From Candidatus Multivoradales bacterium (GTDB lineage: Bacteria; Acidobacteriota; Thermoanaerobaculia; Multivoradales; JAHEKO01): 64,000 nt of DNA. This document shows positions 48,887 through 58,736 of the stretch, piece after piece (within the stretch, counting starts at the first letter, position 1; each line of letters starts with the position of its first letter). Below the pieces are notes generated by a model. The model ran no database searches. It was not told the origin of the DNA and saw only the letters and a list, made by a program, of their open reading frames with translations. Made by a program: the position numbers and the translations under genes. The stretch spans positions 128,001-192,000 of the forward strand of contig CBDCXM010000008.1 of assembly GCA_965223855.1 (NCBI GenBank), read 5' to 3'.

Positions 48887-49858
48887 ATGGAACTTTACGA
48901 CAATCTACTCGCTACCCTCGGCAACACTCCGCTCGTGCGCCTCTCGCGGTTCTCGCCGCGGGGAGCACCGCTGGCGGTCAAGGTCGAGTCGTTCAACCCC
49001 GGCTCGAGCGTGAAGGACCGTATCGGCATCGCCATGATCGAGGCGGCCGAGCGCGAGGGCGAGCTCCAACCCGGGATGACGATCGTCGAGCCGACCTCCG
49101 GCAACACCGGTGTCGGGCTCGCGCTGGCGGCGATCCTCAAGGGCTACCAGCTCATCTGCACCGCCGCCGACAAGATGCCGTCGGAGAAGAAGGCGCTGCT
49201 CGAGGCGTACGGCGCGAAGGTCATCCTCTGCCCGACCAATGTCGATGCCGACGACCCGCGCTCGTACTACAAGGTCGCCGAGCGGATCCGCGACGAGGAG
49301 GGGGCGTTCCTCCCCTACCAGTACTACAACCAGGCCAATCCGCAGGCGCACTACGACACCACCGGCCCCGAGATCTGGCGCCAGACCGACGGCCGGATCA
49401 CCCACTGGGTCGCCGGCGTCGGCACCGGCGGCACCATCAGCGGCACCGCCAAGTACCTCAAGGAGCAGAACCCCGACATCCGGGTGATCGGGGTCGACCC
49501 CGTCGGCAGCGTCTACGCCTACTACAGCGAGCACGGCGAGCTCCCCCCCGAGGAGCAGATCCACCAGTACCTGATCGACGGCATCGGCGAGGACCTGATG
49601 CCCGGCAGCGTGTGGTTCGACTACATCGACGACGTCATCACCATCGACGACCAGTCGGCCTACGACGCCGTCTTCGAGCTCGCCCGCAAGGAGGCGATCT
49701 TCACCGGCTCCTCAGGCGGCGCCGCAGCCGTCGGCGCCCGCCAGGTCGCCGCCGAACTCGGCGAGGACGCCCTGGTCGTCACCCTCTTCCCCGACTCCGG
49801 CGAGCGCTATCTCTCCAAGCTCAACGATGCCTGGTTGAGCGACAAAGGTTTGCGTTAG
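48887..49858 (+). CDS. PLP-dependent cystathionine beta-synthase / cysteine synthase family protein, without CBS domains
   Basis: GNTPLV, NPGSSVKDR, EPTSGNTG, GVGTGGT, DGIGED and PDSGERYLSK. Confidence 0.92.
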   Translation: MELYDNLLATLGNTPLVRLSRFSPRGAPLAVKVESFNPGSSVKDRIGIAMIEAAEREGELQPGMTIVEPTSGNTGVGLALAAILKGYQLICTAADKMPSEKKALLEAYGAKVILCPTNVDADDPRSYYKVAERIRDEEGAFLPYQYYNQANPQAHYDTTGPEIWRQTDGRITHWVAGVGTGGTISGTAKYLKEQNPDIRVIGVDPVGSVYAYYSEHGELPPEEQIHQYLIDGIGEDLMPGSVWFDYIDDVITIDDQSAYDAVFELARKEAIFTGSSGGAAAVGARQVAAELGEDALVVTLFPDSGERYLSKLNDAWLSDKGLR

Positions 49859-50065
49859 CTCTTCCACGAGAACGCATCACCAGATCTCGGGCCTGCCTTC
49901 CCCCCTGGCCAGCGACCTCGACGAGAGGCGAAGCGGGCGATCCACACCGGCAACCGAGGGGGCTCCGAGCCGAGCCCACCTGAAATCCCGCCCACCACCA
50001 ACGGCACCCGGCAACGGCGAGGGAGCGCGCGCCGCCCGCCGCATACCCCTGTCGCGCGACGTCCC

Positions 50066-50252
50066 CCCAGCCCGTTCTTGTCACACCGCAATTGCCTGGT
50101 AGGTCGTAGGTTGCTGAAGATACAAGGCTTCCGGTCGCGAGCACCGGAGGCATAGCCGTAGCTACGTCGAGGAGCGCAGCGACCGGATAACGCCGTAGAT
50201 TCGGTGACCTACGGCCTACCAGGCAATTGCGGTGTGACAAGAGCGGGCTGGG
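50066..50252 (+). repeat. Long-hairpin palindromic repeat element, copy 3
   Basis: Same core; ~53-bp arms CCCAGCCCGTTCTTGTCACACCGCAATTGCCTGGTAGG / CCTACCAGGCAATTGCGGTGTGACAAGAGCGGGCTGGG. Confidence 0.9.
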
Positions 50253-50336
50253 TGCCGGTGTGGAGCGCCCGCTTCGCCGGCTCCAAGGCTCTTTGCCCGA
50301 TGAAAACCGCGCGAGGGCGGGCGCATCAGGAAGCCG

Positions 50337-52700
50337 CTACTGGTCGGGAATCAGCCGGAAAGTAGACACCGCCTCCCCAGCCAGCAAGGCCGCCCCCTCT
50401 CCCGCAGCCCAGGCCGAGTACTGATCCGAGAAGTTCGGCGACATCAGATGCCCGCTCTGCCCCCCGGGCATCTGCAGCATGCCCAGCTCCTCCCGCCCCG
50501 GGCTCACCACCATCCGCATCGACGCGCCGTAGGACGCCGACTGAGCCCGCACCGATCCTGCCCACCCAGGCAGCGGATCGTCCGGCATGTTGAGGTAACG
50601 CGAGAGCAACGGCAGCGACCCCAGTGGATGGTGGATGGCGATCGGCCGCGCCTCGCCCCAGGTCGTCCCGAGACCGCCCGGCCTCGCCGCCAGGTGCGAT
50701 GCCACACGGGCGATCGTGAAGCCCAGGAACGAGTCCCAATCGTCGTACCCCGGCGGCACCAGGTGTGCCGGCCGCTCCTCGAGGATGCGCCGTACCGGCT
50801 CGTCGCCGAGTGCCCAGTCGTAGACGAAGTCGTCGTCGGCCGCCGCCGCCGGAGCGAGGACCGGAGCGAGGACTCCTTCGAGCAGCTCCTCGGCGAGGGT
50901 CGCCACGAGGACGAAGCCCGCCTCGCCGACGTCGGCGTGCCCGTTCCATCCTTCGACGATGCGGCGGAACTCGGCGACCTCGGCCGCGGCCTCCCTTGGG
51001 GCGATCGACGCCAGGACGAGCTCGCGCACGAAGTCGTGGTAGCGGCTGCGGGTATCGAGCTGGACCGCCTGGAGCCCCGCTTCGTCCCACCGTGGCCTCT
51101 CCTCGAGCCGCTCGCGAATCCGGTCGGCCCGCCCGGGGTGCATCCAGACATGGGTCACGGGAGGCTCGGCATGCGGCACCGTGCGCCCGTTGGCGGTGAA
51201 GAGCTTGCCATCCGCCGGTTCGACGACGCGCGGCCCTTCGCGCCACCCCTCCCAGGAAAGGTCACCGTCGGCCCACGACCGCGGGGTCTTGCCGTCCCAT
51301 CCGCGCCGCTGCGGCAGTGGCCCGTTGACGACCCAGCCGATGCGCCCGTCGGCCGCTGCCAGCATCCAGTTCTGCGACGGCCCGTGCCAGCCTCCGGCGA
51401 TCACCATCGCCTCCTCGAGGCCGTCCGCCTCGATCATGCGCATCAGGTCGAAGTCGATTCCGCCGGGCTCGTGCACCGGCGAGCGGATGACGAGCGGCCG
51501 CTCGAGCCAGTCGTGGCTCTCGACCGGACCCCAGCGTGTCCAGGCGACCTCGATCTGCTCGTCGTCGCCGCCGGCGACGGCGATCGTCTCGAGCCGCATC
51601 TCGAACGGCTCCCAGCCGTCGGCGGTGCGGTAGCGCGCGGGTCGTTCGGGATCCGGGTCGTCGGGATCGACCTCGACGACGACCGTGTCGGTCTGGTCGA
51701 AGAAGCTGTTGGTCGCCCCCCAAGCGACCGTGCCGTTCGAGCCGAGAATGACCCCCGGAAGCCCCGGTGAGCCGACTCCGACCGCGTGGTGGGAGCCGAA
51801 CTCGAACTCGACCCGATGCCAGATCGACGGCACCCGCAGGCTCAGATGGGGGTCGTTGGCGAGGATCGCGCCGCCGTGCACCGACCGGCCGGCCGCGACC
51901 GCCCAGTTGTTCGAACCGAGGGCCACGCCGAGCGGCCGCACCAGGTCGCGGACGGCATCCAGGTCGCCGGGAGCCGCCGCGCCGCTGAGATCGAGCACCT
52001 CCGGCCCGGGCACGGCCATCGGTCGGTACTCGCCGAGCCCGTCCTCGTCATGGATGAGCGGCGCGTCGAAGCGACTCGTGCTCGGCGTCAGGAAGTCGAA
52101 CCACTCGGCCGGCAGCGTCGCCTCCATCACGCCGAGCTGGCGCTCGAGACGATGGTTGAACGACAGCATGTCGAAGAACGCGATCGTCACCAGCATCGTG
52201 TCCTCCGGCAGCCACGGCTCCGGGCGCTGACGCAGCACCACGTACTCCCACGGATCGGCGCCGAGGTCCTCCAGCCCGGCGTTCACCCCGCCGGCGTAGG
52301 CCTCGAGGAGCGCCCGGTCCCGCGGGGCGAGCTCGTCGAGCAGCCGTCGAGCCGCCTGCCGCCGCTGGCGCCGCCGCCGGTCGCGGTCCGCTTCCAACGC
52401 CCGCGCGCCGAAGAGCGCCGAGAGTTCACCCGCCGTCGCACGACGCGAAAGGTCCATCTGGAAGAAGCGATCCTGTGCGTGGACGAAGCCCTGCGCCCGC
52501 ACGGCGTCCTCGAGCGTCGCGGCCGCGATCTTCGGGATCCCGAGCCGATCGCGACTCACCGTCACCGGCGCCTCGAGCCCGGAGATCCGCAGCTCACCCT
52601 CGGTGCGCGGCAGTGAAGCGCGGACTCGCCACCACAGCCAGCCGCCCAGGAGGAGGACCAACAGGACAGCGACCAGGGCCAGTCGCCCCAGCCACTTCAA
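50337..52700 (-). CDS. Penicillin acylase (peptidase S45, Ntn hydrolase) family protein
   Basis: AQGFVHAQDRFFQMD, GSNNWAV (catalytic Ser), LANDPHL and PGGQSG. Confidence 0.95.
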   Translation of the reverse strand: MKWLGRLALVAVLLVLLLGGWLWWRVRASLPRTEGELRISGLEAPVTVSRDRLGIPKIAAATLEDAVRAQGFVHAQDRFFQMDLSRRATAGELSALFGARALEADRDRRRRQRRQAARRLLDELAPRDRALLEAYAGGVNAGLEDLGADPWEYVVLRQRPEPWLPEDTMLVTIAFFDMLSFNHRLERQLGVMEATLPAEWFDFLTPSTSRFDAPLIHDEDGLGEYRPMAVPGPEVLDLSGAAAPGDLDAVRDLVRPLGVALGSNNWAVAAGRSVHGGAILANDPHLSLRVPSIWHRVEFEFGSHHAVGVGSPGLPGVILGSNGTVAWGATNSFFDQTDTVVVEVDPDDPDPERPARYRTADGWEPFEMRLETIAVAGGDDEQIEVAWTRWGPVESHDWLERPLVIRSPVHEPGGIDFDLMRMIEADGLEEAMVIAGGWHGPSQNWMLAAADGRIGWVVNGPLPQRRGWDGKTPRSWADGDLSWEGWREGPRVVEPADGKLFTANGRTVPHAEPPVTHVWMHPGRADRIRERLEERPRWDEAGLQAVQLDTRSRYHDFVRELVLASIAPREAAAEVAEFRRIVEGWNGHADVGEAGFVLVATLAEELLEGVLAPVLAPAAAADDDFVYDWALGDEPVRRILEERPAHLVPPGYDDWDSFLGFTIARVASHLAARPGGLGTTWGEARPIAIHHPLGSLPLLSRYLNMPDDPLPGWAGSVRAQSASYGASMRMVVSPGREELGMLQMPGGQSGHLMSPNFSDQYSAWAAGEGAALLAGEAVSTFRLIPDQ

Positions 52701-52872
52701 GACGCTTCTCCACCGACAGCCGCCCGGTCCAACTCGCCGGTCGAGCCGGTGATCTGATCCCGTGGCGATCGGACGGTCGCCGTCATTCTCCTGACACCGC
52801 AGCGCATGCGGTCCCTCCTCGTCGGTCTCGGAGGCGGGATGCTAGCAGGGGGCAGGATGGTCGGCGCCGGCT

Positions 52873-53349
52873 CTACTCGAGGCGCGCGCCGTCGCCCCGG
52901 AGCTGGATCGTCCGGTACGGCCCGTCGCCCAGCTCGGCCGTCTCGGGATCGAACTCCTCGCCCCGCTCCTCGGCGAGATGGGCGAGCCAGGCGAGCTGCT
53001 CCTCGCGCGTGCGCTCGATCGCTTCGACGATCCCCTCGGCGGCCGCGATTCGGCCCGTGGAGTCCGCCGGAAAGACGATCACGTCGTCCTCGACCTTCAC
53101 CCGCAGGCTCGCCTCGTCGTCGCCGACCTGTGCCCAGCACCCCTTCATCGGGCAGACGTCGAGCACCCCGCCCTCGATCCGGACCCGCTTGCCGATCCAG
53201 GCGTCGGGGTCGGCGAGGATGGCGGCGATGGGGGTGGAGTCCTCGAGGGTGACCCCTTTGCCCAGAACCGACTGAGCCTCAGTTGGGGAGCCGATCGACG
53301 CAAGCAAGAGCGCAAAGAGAACCGGGACAACGGCAGGAGCACGGCGCAT
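52873..53349 (-). CDS. DUF4920-like secreted OB-fold protein
   Basis: Signal peptide, VRIEG..LDVCPMKGCW and LRVK...IVFP. Confidence 0.75.
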   Translation of the reverse strand: MRRAPAVVPVLFALLLASIGSPTEAQSVLGKGVTLEDSTPIAAILADPDAWIGKRVRIEGGVLDVCPMKGCWAQVGDDEASLRVKVEDDVIVFPADSTGRIAAAEGIVEAIERTREEQLAWLAHLAEERGEEFDPETAELGDGPYRTIQLRGDGARLE

Positions 53350-53358
53350 CCCCGAATC

Positions 53359-55248
53359 TTACTCAATCGTTCCTTTGGGTGTGGGCAGGGGGATTCTCGG
53401 AGGAGGGGGAAAGCACCTGGTGGAGATCGTGATCGGTTCGTTCGGCCACCGCTCCCACCGTTCCGCATGGTTCAGGAGCCACCTCGAAGCGGAGCCGTAG
53501 TTGAGCGTCAGGCCTTCGTCGCCTCCTGGCGAAACCAGGGCGAACGGGATCATCAGCACCTCGTAGTCGGCAAGAATCTCCGGGCGCGCCAGCGCCTCTT
53601 CGAAGCTGAGTAGGTGCAGCGGCGCGGCCGGCTCAAGGCAGCTCAGAAGATCGGCCGAGCCGACGAAGGCCACGTCGTCGCCCTTCGCGTCAGCCCACGT
53701 CTCCAGCGCCGCCGCGATCAGCCGGTCTCGATCCCCACATCGAGTTGACGCGGCGATTCGTGGCGCCGGGTCGCGATCGTCGGGAACCCCGTCGCCGTCG
53801 GTGTCCACGGCCATCGGATTCATTGCCCAGGCCAGCTCGAGGCCGTCCGAGATCCCGTCCCCGTCTGAATCGGCCCGCCACAGCGGCCCCTCGTTGCCGG
53901 ACCATGGCTCTACGTACGGTACTTCGTGGATCGACCGCAATCGCGCTGCCACCTCCAGGTATCGCGCTTCGACTTCGCCCCCGATTGCCACCGCCGCGCG
54001 GAGGTTCTCGCGATCGCGGACCCATTCGGCCACTCTGAGCGAGGCCATTCGCCTCCAGCCGGCCTCGATCTCCTCCAACCCCCACCCTTCCAATAGACGT
54101 CCCACTCCCTGAGCCGCCGTGAGGGGACCAGGCAGATTCGAGCCGTAGCTCATCAGAAACTCCCAACCCCGCTCTGGCAGCCCCTCGACGCCCGCTCTCA
54201 ACCAGCGCCAGGCGGTTCGGTCCCTGTCGGCCCGGTGGCCTGTGTGCGACCAGGTTACGCAACCGTCATCGAGGTCTTCGCACGCCACCAACCGCGTCTC
54301 GGAGGCCCACCGCCGCATCTCCGGCTCGCGCCCGAGGTCGAGGCTTGCTAGAGCGAGCATGGTCCTCAGATCCAGACCGACGTCGAAGTTGAACATCGAA
54401 GAAAGCGCCGCCAGCTCGGTCGGGAGCTTCGCGGAACCACCCAACACCGCACGGCGGAGCTCGGGACCGAGATCGTCGAACGCGTCCATGAGCTGTTGCG
54501 AAAGACCCAGCTCGGCCAGCGTGAAGAGTTTCAACCGTTCGACACGGGCCTGCGTCGAGATAGGGAATCCGAGTCGACGAACCTCTCGACCCACCCCTTC
54601 GTAGACGGCAAGCCGCAGAATCGGTGGCTTGTCGACGGCCTCGACCAGCACCGCCAACCGGTGCTCGGGGAACTCGATCAGGCGGCCCGCGAGCGCTGTC
54701 CAAAGGGTCGAGAACCTCCAAGAGTTCTCGAGCCAGCTCCGTCCCACGTGACCGCCTGGATCGATCTCGAAAAGGGCATCGACCAGTTCTTCGAGCAGCC
54801 CGCCGTCCCCGAAACTCGGAGCCGACAGAATCTCTTCGATGCTGCGAACGACGGCGAAGCTTGTCGGGCCGTCGTCGAGTAAGAAGACGAGGTCGATAAG
54901 ACCATCGCCGACGAAGTCCACCTCGCCCGGAGGAACCGGTTCACCGCGGAGCCGCCAGAGTTCCCTACAGGCAGCGAGACTGGTGAGCAGAGATCCATGC
55001 TCGGGATCGAGGCCGAGTTTCTCCGCGACCAGATCGACGGCCTCCGCGTGGGCCAACTCTCCCTGCTCATGCGAGAGCGGCATCAGCGCAGTCACCCCTA
55101 GTTCGAGAAGGTCGCTCCCGTCCTCGAAGCTCTCTTCGACGGCCTGTCGGGCCTGCCGCTGCAACAGCTCGTCCAGACAATCCGCAGGGACAGCGCCGGA
55201 CGCCACCAACGAGACCGACAGCAGGACTCCTGAGACACGCCCGAGCAC
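53359..55248 (-). CDS. Hypothetical secreted protein with thrombospondin-3-like Ca-binding repeats
   Basis: ADSDGDGISDGLE..WAMNP..VDTDGDGVPDDRDPAP; the start is uncertain; codon usage differs from the neighbours. Confidence 0.6.
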   Translation of the reverse strand: MLGRVSGVLLSVSLVASGAVPADCLDELLQRQARQAVEESFEDGSDLLELGVTALMPLSHEQGELAHAEAVDLVAEKLGLDPEHGSLLTSLAACRELWRLRGEPVPPGEVDFVGDGLIDLVFLLDDGPTSFAVVRSIEEILSAPSFGDGGLLEELVDALFEIDPGGHVGRSWLENSWRFSTLWTALAGRLIEFPEHRLAVLVEAVDKPPILRLAVYEGVGREVRRLGFPISTQARVERLKLFTLAELGLSQQLMDAFDDLGPELRRAVLGGSAKLPTELAALSSMFNFDVGLDLRTMLALASLDLGREPEMRRWASETRLVACEDLDDGCVTWSHTGHRADRDRTAWRWLRAGVEGLPERGWEFLMSYGSNLPGPLTAAQGVGRLLEGWGLEEIEAGWRRMASLRVAEWVRDRENLRAAVAIGGEVEARYLEVAARLRSIHEVPYVEPWSGNEGPLWRADSDGDGISDGLELAWAMNPMAVDTDGDGVPDDRDPAPRIAASTRCGDRDRLIAAALETWADAKGDDVAFVGSADLLSCLEPAAPLHLLSFEEALARPEILADYEVLMIPFALVSPGGDEGLTLNYGSASRWLLNHAERWERWPNEPITISTRCFPPPPRIPLPTPKGTIE

Positions 55249-55322
55249 CCCCTCTCCAACGAAGCCCACCACGCAGCCATTCCGCTTCGAACTCCCGGCG
55301 TCCCTCCTCGCGAGCGAGGCCG

Positions 55323-56717
55323 TCAGTCCGCGACCGAATGCCGGTAGTAACGCAACAACGGGACTTCCGCCTTCTCCACCCGCACCAGGCCGTCGTCCCG
55401 CACCACCGCCCCGCGCAGCAGCAGCATCCGCAGCCCCACCTCCACGGCGTAGTCGCGGTCGGCGCGCGGCACGTAGACGCGCGAGCCCGCCGCCTCGAGT
55501 TCGCGGAAGCGCTTCTGGACGGCGGCCTTGAGTTCGAGGTCGCTCCAGACGCGGTCGGGGTCGTCGGTCAGCACGGCAGCGACGACCGCCACCGGAAGAG
55601 CCGGGACGATCGAGCCGACGCGGCCCATCAGCTCCTGCGCGAGATCGCTCATCGCGACGAAGCGTCGCTCCCGGTCGAGGCGCCGCGGATCTTCTCCTCG
55701 CTCGGTGAAGAACGATGTCGCCGACAGCGGCAGCCCGAAGTTCACGCACGCGTAGCCGAAGCGGTACCAGTCTCCGCGGAGCCACAGCCACCACTGGCGC
55801 CCCCAGAATGCCGCCGTCCTGCCGAGGGCCGCGACGCCGGAGACTTTCTTCGCCTCGTCCCCCAAGAGCAGAGTCCGGTCCTCGAGCACCCGGTCGTAGT
55901 TGAGGCCGACGGGGACGAAGACGACGTCGGCGTCGTCCTCAGGGTCGAAGCCGCGGAGCATGTAGTCGAAGAGGCCGAGCTTCGGCTCGCCGAGGCGGCC
56001 GTCGCGCGAGAGGCCCCCCTCCGGGTAGACCGCCTGCGTCACCCCTTCGCGAGTCGCGATGTGGACGTAGCGCGCCAGCACCGCCCGGTAGAGCGCGTTG
56101 CGCGACTTGCGGCGGACGAAGAAGGCGCCCATCGAGCGCACCAGCTGGTCGAGCGGCCAGATGCGCGCCCACTCGCCGACCGCGTAGGAGAGCGCGGTGC
56201 GCTCCATCGCCAGGTAGGAGACGAGCACGTAGTCCATGTTGCTGCGGTGGTTCATGACGAACACCACCGAGGCGTCCGGTGGAATCGCCGCCAGCGCCTC
56301 TTCGTCGACCGAGCCGAGGCGCACCCGGTAGAGCGATCGCGCGACCCGGCGTGCCAGCGCATACCCCCACCGGAAGTAGGCCCAGGCGTTGAAGCTCGGC
56401 ACGATCTCGCGGGCGTAGCGCTCGACCTTCTCCTGCGCCACTTCGCGCGGCATCTGCTCGGCAGCGGCGAAGGCGTCCGCCGCCTCCATCACCACCCGGT
56501 CGTAGACCAGCCGCTCGATCAGCGCCTGGCGCTTCGTGAACTTGAACGGTTGGAGGCGGATCTGGAGCCGCGGGTTGACCTCGTCGAGCGCCCGCTCGAT
56601 ACGGCGACGCAAAAACCAGCGCACGCTCGGCACCAGCAGCCGGCTCGCCAGCGCCCACACGGCCAGCAGGGCGGCGACGAGTGCCAGCCACACCGGGACT
56701 TCGATGGTGGAGGTCAT
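55323..56717 (-). CDS. Glycerol-3-phosphate / 1-acylglycerol-phosphate acyltransferase (PlsB-like)
   Basis: NHRSNMDY (HxxxxD), GAFFVRR, YPEGGLSRDG and PKLGL. Confidence 0.88.
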   Translation of the reverse strand: MTSTIEVPVWLALVAALLAVWALASRLLVPSVRWFLRRRIERALDEVNPRLQIRLQPFKFTKRQALIERLVYDRVVMEAADAFAAAEQMPREVAQEKVERYAREIVPSFNAWAYFRWGYALARRVARSLYRVRLGSVDEEALAAIPPDASVVFVMNHRSNMDYVLVSYLAMERTALSYAVGEWARIWPLDQLVRSMGAFFVRRKSRNALYRAVLARYVHIATREGVTQAVYPEGGLSRDGRLGEPKLGLFDYMLRGFDPEDDADVVFVPVGLNYDRVLEDRTLLLGDEAKKVSGVAALGRTAAFWGRQWWLWLRGDWYRFGYACVNFGLPLSATSFFTERGEDPRRLDRERRFVAMSDLAQELMGRVGSIVPALPVAVVAAVLTDDPDRVWSDLELKAAVQKRFRELEAAGSRVYVPRADRDYAVEVGLRMLLLRGAVVRDDGLVRVEKAEVPLLRYYRHSVAD

Positions 56718-56832
56718 CCGCCGCGAGGTTACGCCGCGGCCCTTCGGCCCGCAAACCGGCTTCGCCCGCGCAACCGACTTCGCTGCGCCGTTCGAAACGG
56801 AGTTAGAGTGCCAAAGCGATGAGAGGTGTGGG

Positions 56833-57978
56833 ATGAACAAGTGGATTTCGAGGCTGCTGATCGCCGCTGCGGCGATCGGCGTGCTGTGGTTGTTGCGGGC
56901 GACGGTTCTGAAGCCCGATCCGGTTCCGGTAACGGTGGTCGCGGTCGATCGCGGCCATGTCGAATCGACGGTCACCAACTCGCGGGCCGGCACCGTGCAG
57001 ACGCGCCGGCGCGCACGCCTTTCCCCCGAGGTCGGCGGCCAGGTGGTGGAGATCCCGTTCCGCGAAGGGGATCGCGTCGAGGCGGGAGCGGTCGTACTGC
57101 GGCTCGACGACGCGGCCCAGAGCGCGCGCCTCGAGCTCGCGCGCCGCGACGTCGCGGCAGCGCGAGCCGAACGGGAACGTGCTTGCGTCACCGCTGAGCG
57201 CGCCGGACGCGAGCTCGAGCGCAGCCGCGCGCTGGCCGAGGACGAGCTGCTGTCGACCGACATGCTCGATCAGATCGAGAGCGCCCGGCGAGCCGCCGAC
57301 GCCGCCTGTTCGGCGGCGAGCGCCGGTGAGGCGCGCGCGGGAGCCGCCGTCGAGGTCGCCCGCACCGACGTCGACAAGATGACGCTGCGCTCCCCCTTCA
57401 CCGGTGTGATCGCCGAGGTGTCGATCGAGGTCGGCGAGTGGACGACCCCTTCGCCACCCGCCATGCCGGTACCGCCGGTCATCGACGTCCTCGACCCGTC
57501 GGCGCTCTACATCAGCGCGCCGATGGACGAGGTCGACTCGCGCTCCATCCGCACCGGGCTGCCGGTGCGCATCACCATCGACTCCTACCGCGACCGCGCC
57601 TTCGAAGGCGTCGTCACCCGGGTCGCCCCCTACGTGCTCGACCTGCAGGAGCAGAACCGAACCGTCGAGATCGAGGTCGAGTTCACCGGCGACGCCGAGA
57701 CGAGCGAGATCCTGCCCGGCACCTCGGCCGACGTCGAGGTGATTCTCGAGGTCAAGGAGGACGCGGTGCGACTGCCGACCTCGGCGCTGATGGAGGGCAA
57801 TCGGGTGCTCGTCGTCGCCGACGGCGTGCTCACCGAGCACCCGATCGAGCCGGGGCTCAAGAACTGGGACTTCACAGAGGTGGTCTCGGGGCTCGCCGCC
57901 GGCGACGAAGTCGTCACCTCGCTCGACCGCGCGGAGGTGCAACCGGGCGCCGAGGCGACGGTGGTCGAAGAGCTGTGA
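56833..57978 (+). CDS. MacA-like periplasmic adaptor (membrane fusion protein)
   Basis: LSPEVGGQV..EGDRV, LRSPFTGVI, DEVD, PGTSADV and GLAAGDEVV. Confidence 0.9.
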   Translation: MNKWISRLLIAAAAIGVLWLLRATVLKPDPVPVTVVAVDRGHVESTVTNSRAGTVQTRRRARLSPEVGGQVVEIPFREGDRVEAGAVVLRLDDAAQSARLELARRDVAAARAERERACVTAERAGRELERSRALAEDELLSTDMLDQIESARRAADAACSAASAGEARAGAAVEVARTDVDKMTLRSPFTGVIAEVSIEVGEWTTPSPPAMPVPPVIDVLDPSALYISAPMDEVDSRSIRTGLPVRITIDSYRDRAFEGVVTRVAPYVLDLQEQNRTVEIEVEFTGDAETSEILPGTSADVEVILEVKEDAVRLPTSALMEGNRVLVVADGVLTEHPIEPGLKNWDFTEVVSGLAAGDEVVTSLDRAEVQPGAEATVVEEL

Positions 57979-58736
57979 TCGAACTCGAAGGCGTGACGCG
58001 GACCTTCCGGGTCGGCTCACGCCCGGTGCACGCCCTCAAGGGCATCACCGAGACGATCGCCGAGGGCGAGCACGTCGCCATCATGGGCGCCTCCGGCTCG
58101 GGCAAGTCGACGCTGCTCAACATCGTCGGCTGCCTCGACCGCCCGACCTCCGGCCTCTATCGACTGGGAGGCCGCAGCGTCGGCGAGCTGAGCCAGGCCG
58201 AGCTGACCCAGGTGCGGCGGCACGACATCGGCTTCGTCTTCCAGTCGTTCCACCTCGTGCCGCGGCTGACGGCGGCGGAGAACGTCGAGCTGCCGATGAT
58301 CTTCGCCGACGTGCCGCGCAAGGAGCGCCGGCAGAAGGTCGAAGCGGCGCTCCACGCCGTCGGTCTCGCCGAGCGGATGACCCACCTGCCCGAGCAGCTC
58401 TCGGGCGGTGAGCGGCAGCGCGTCGCCCTCGCCCGCTCGACGATCATGAATCCGTCGATCCTGCTGGCCGACGAACCGACCGGTAACCTCGACAGCAAAT
58501 CAGGCCGCGACGTGCTCGAGCTCCTGCAACGCCGCAACGCCGACGGGCTGACGCTGGTGGTCGTCACCCACGACGCCAAGGTGGCGCAGCGGGCCGACCG
58601 CATCATCGTCCTGCTCGACGGCGAGGTCGTGAAAAGAGTCGAGGCCGGTCGGATCGCCGAGGTGATGGCGGTGCTCGCCGCCGCCGACGGCGAGGACGAG
58701 GGCGAGGGCGGGCACGAGGATGAGGGAGGCGACTGA
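57975..58736 (+). CDS. ABC transporter ATP-binding protein (MacB/LolD type)
   Basis: GASGSGKS, LSGGERQR and ADEPTGNLD; the GTG start overlaps the upstream TGA. Confidence 0.95.
   Translation: MIELEGVTRTFRVGSRPVHALKGITETIAEGEHVAIMGASGSGKSTLLNIVGCLDRPTSGLYRLGGRSVGELSQAELTQVRRHDIGFVFQSFHLVPRLTAAENVELPMIFADVPRKERRQKVEAALHAVGLAERMTHLPEQLSGGERQRVALARSTIMNPSILLADEPTGNLDSKSGRDVLELLQRRNADGLTLVVVTHDAKVAQRADRIIVLLDGEVVKRVEAGRIAEVMAVLAAADGEDEGEGGHEDEGGD

Noticed and set aside
49860-50065. GC-rich intergenic stretch before repeat copy 3 as an ncRNA
   Set aside because: It has only short stems expected at this GC content, no recognisable family and no second copy in the window.
6112-50252. Repeats or palindromes as a CRISPR array or integron attC sites
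   Set aside because: The copies are dispersed 14-30 kb apart with no spacer periodicity. There are no cas or intI genes and no RYYYAAC/GTTRRRY ends.
56795-56815. GAGTGCCAA as a CIRCE or sigma54 site
   Set aside because: Only a CIRCE half-site is present, with no TTAGCACTC partner. The TGGCAC on the minus strand lacks the -12 TTGC.
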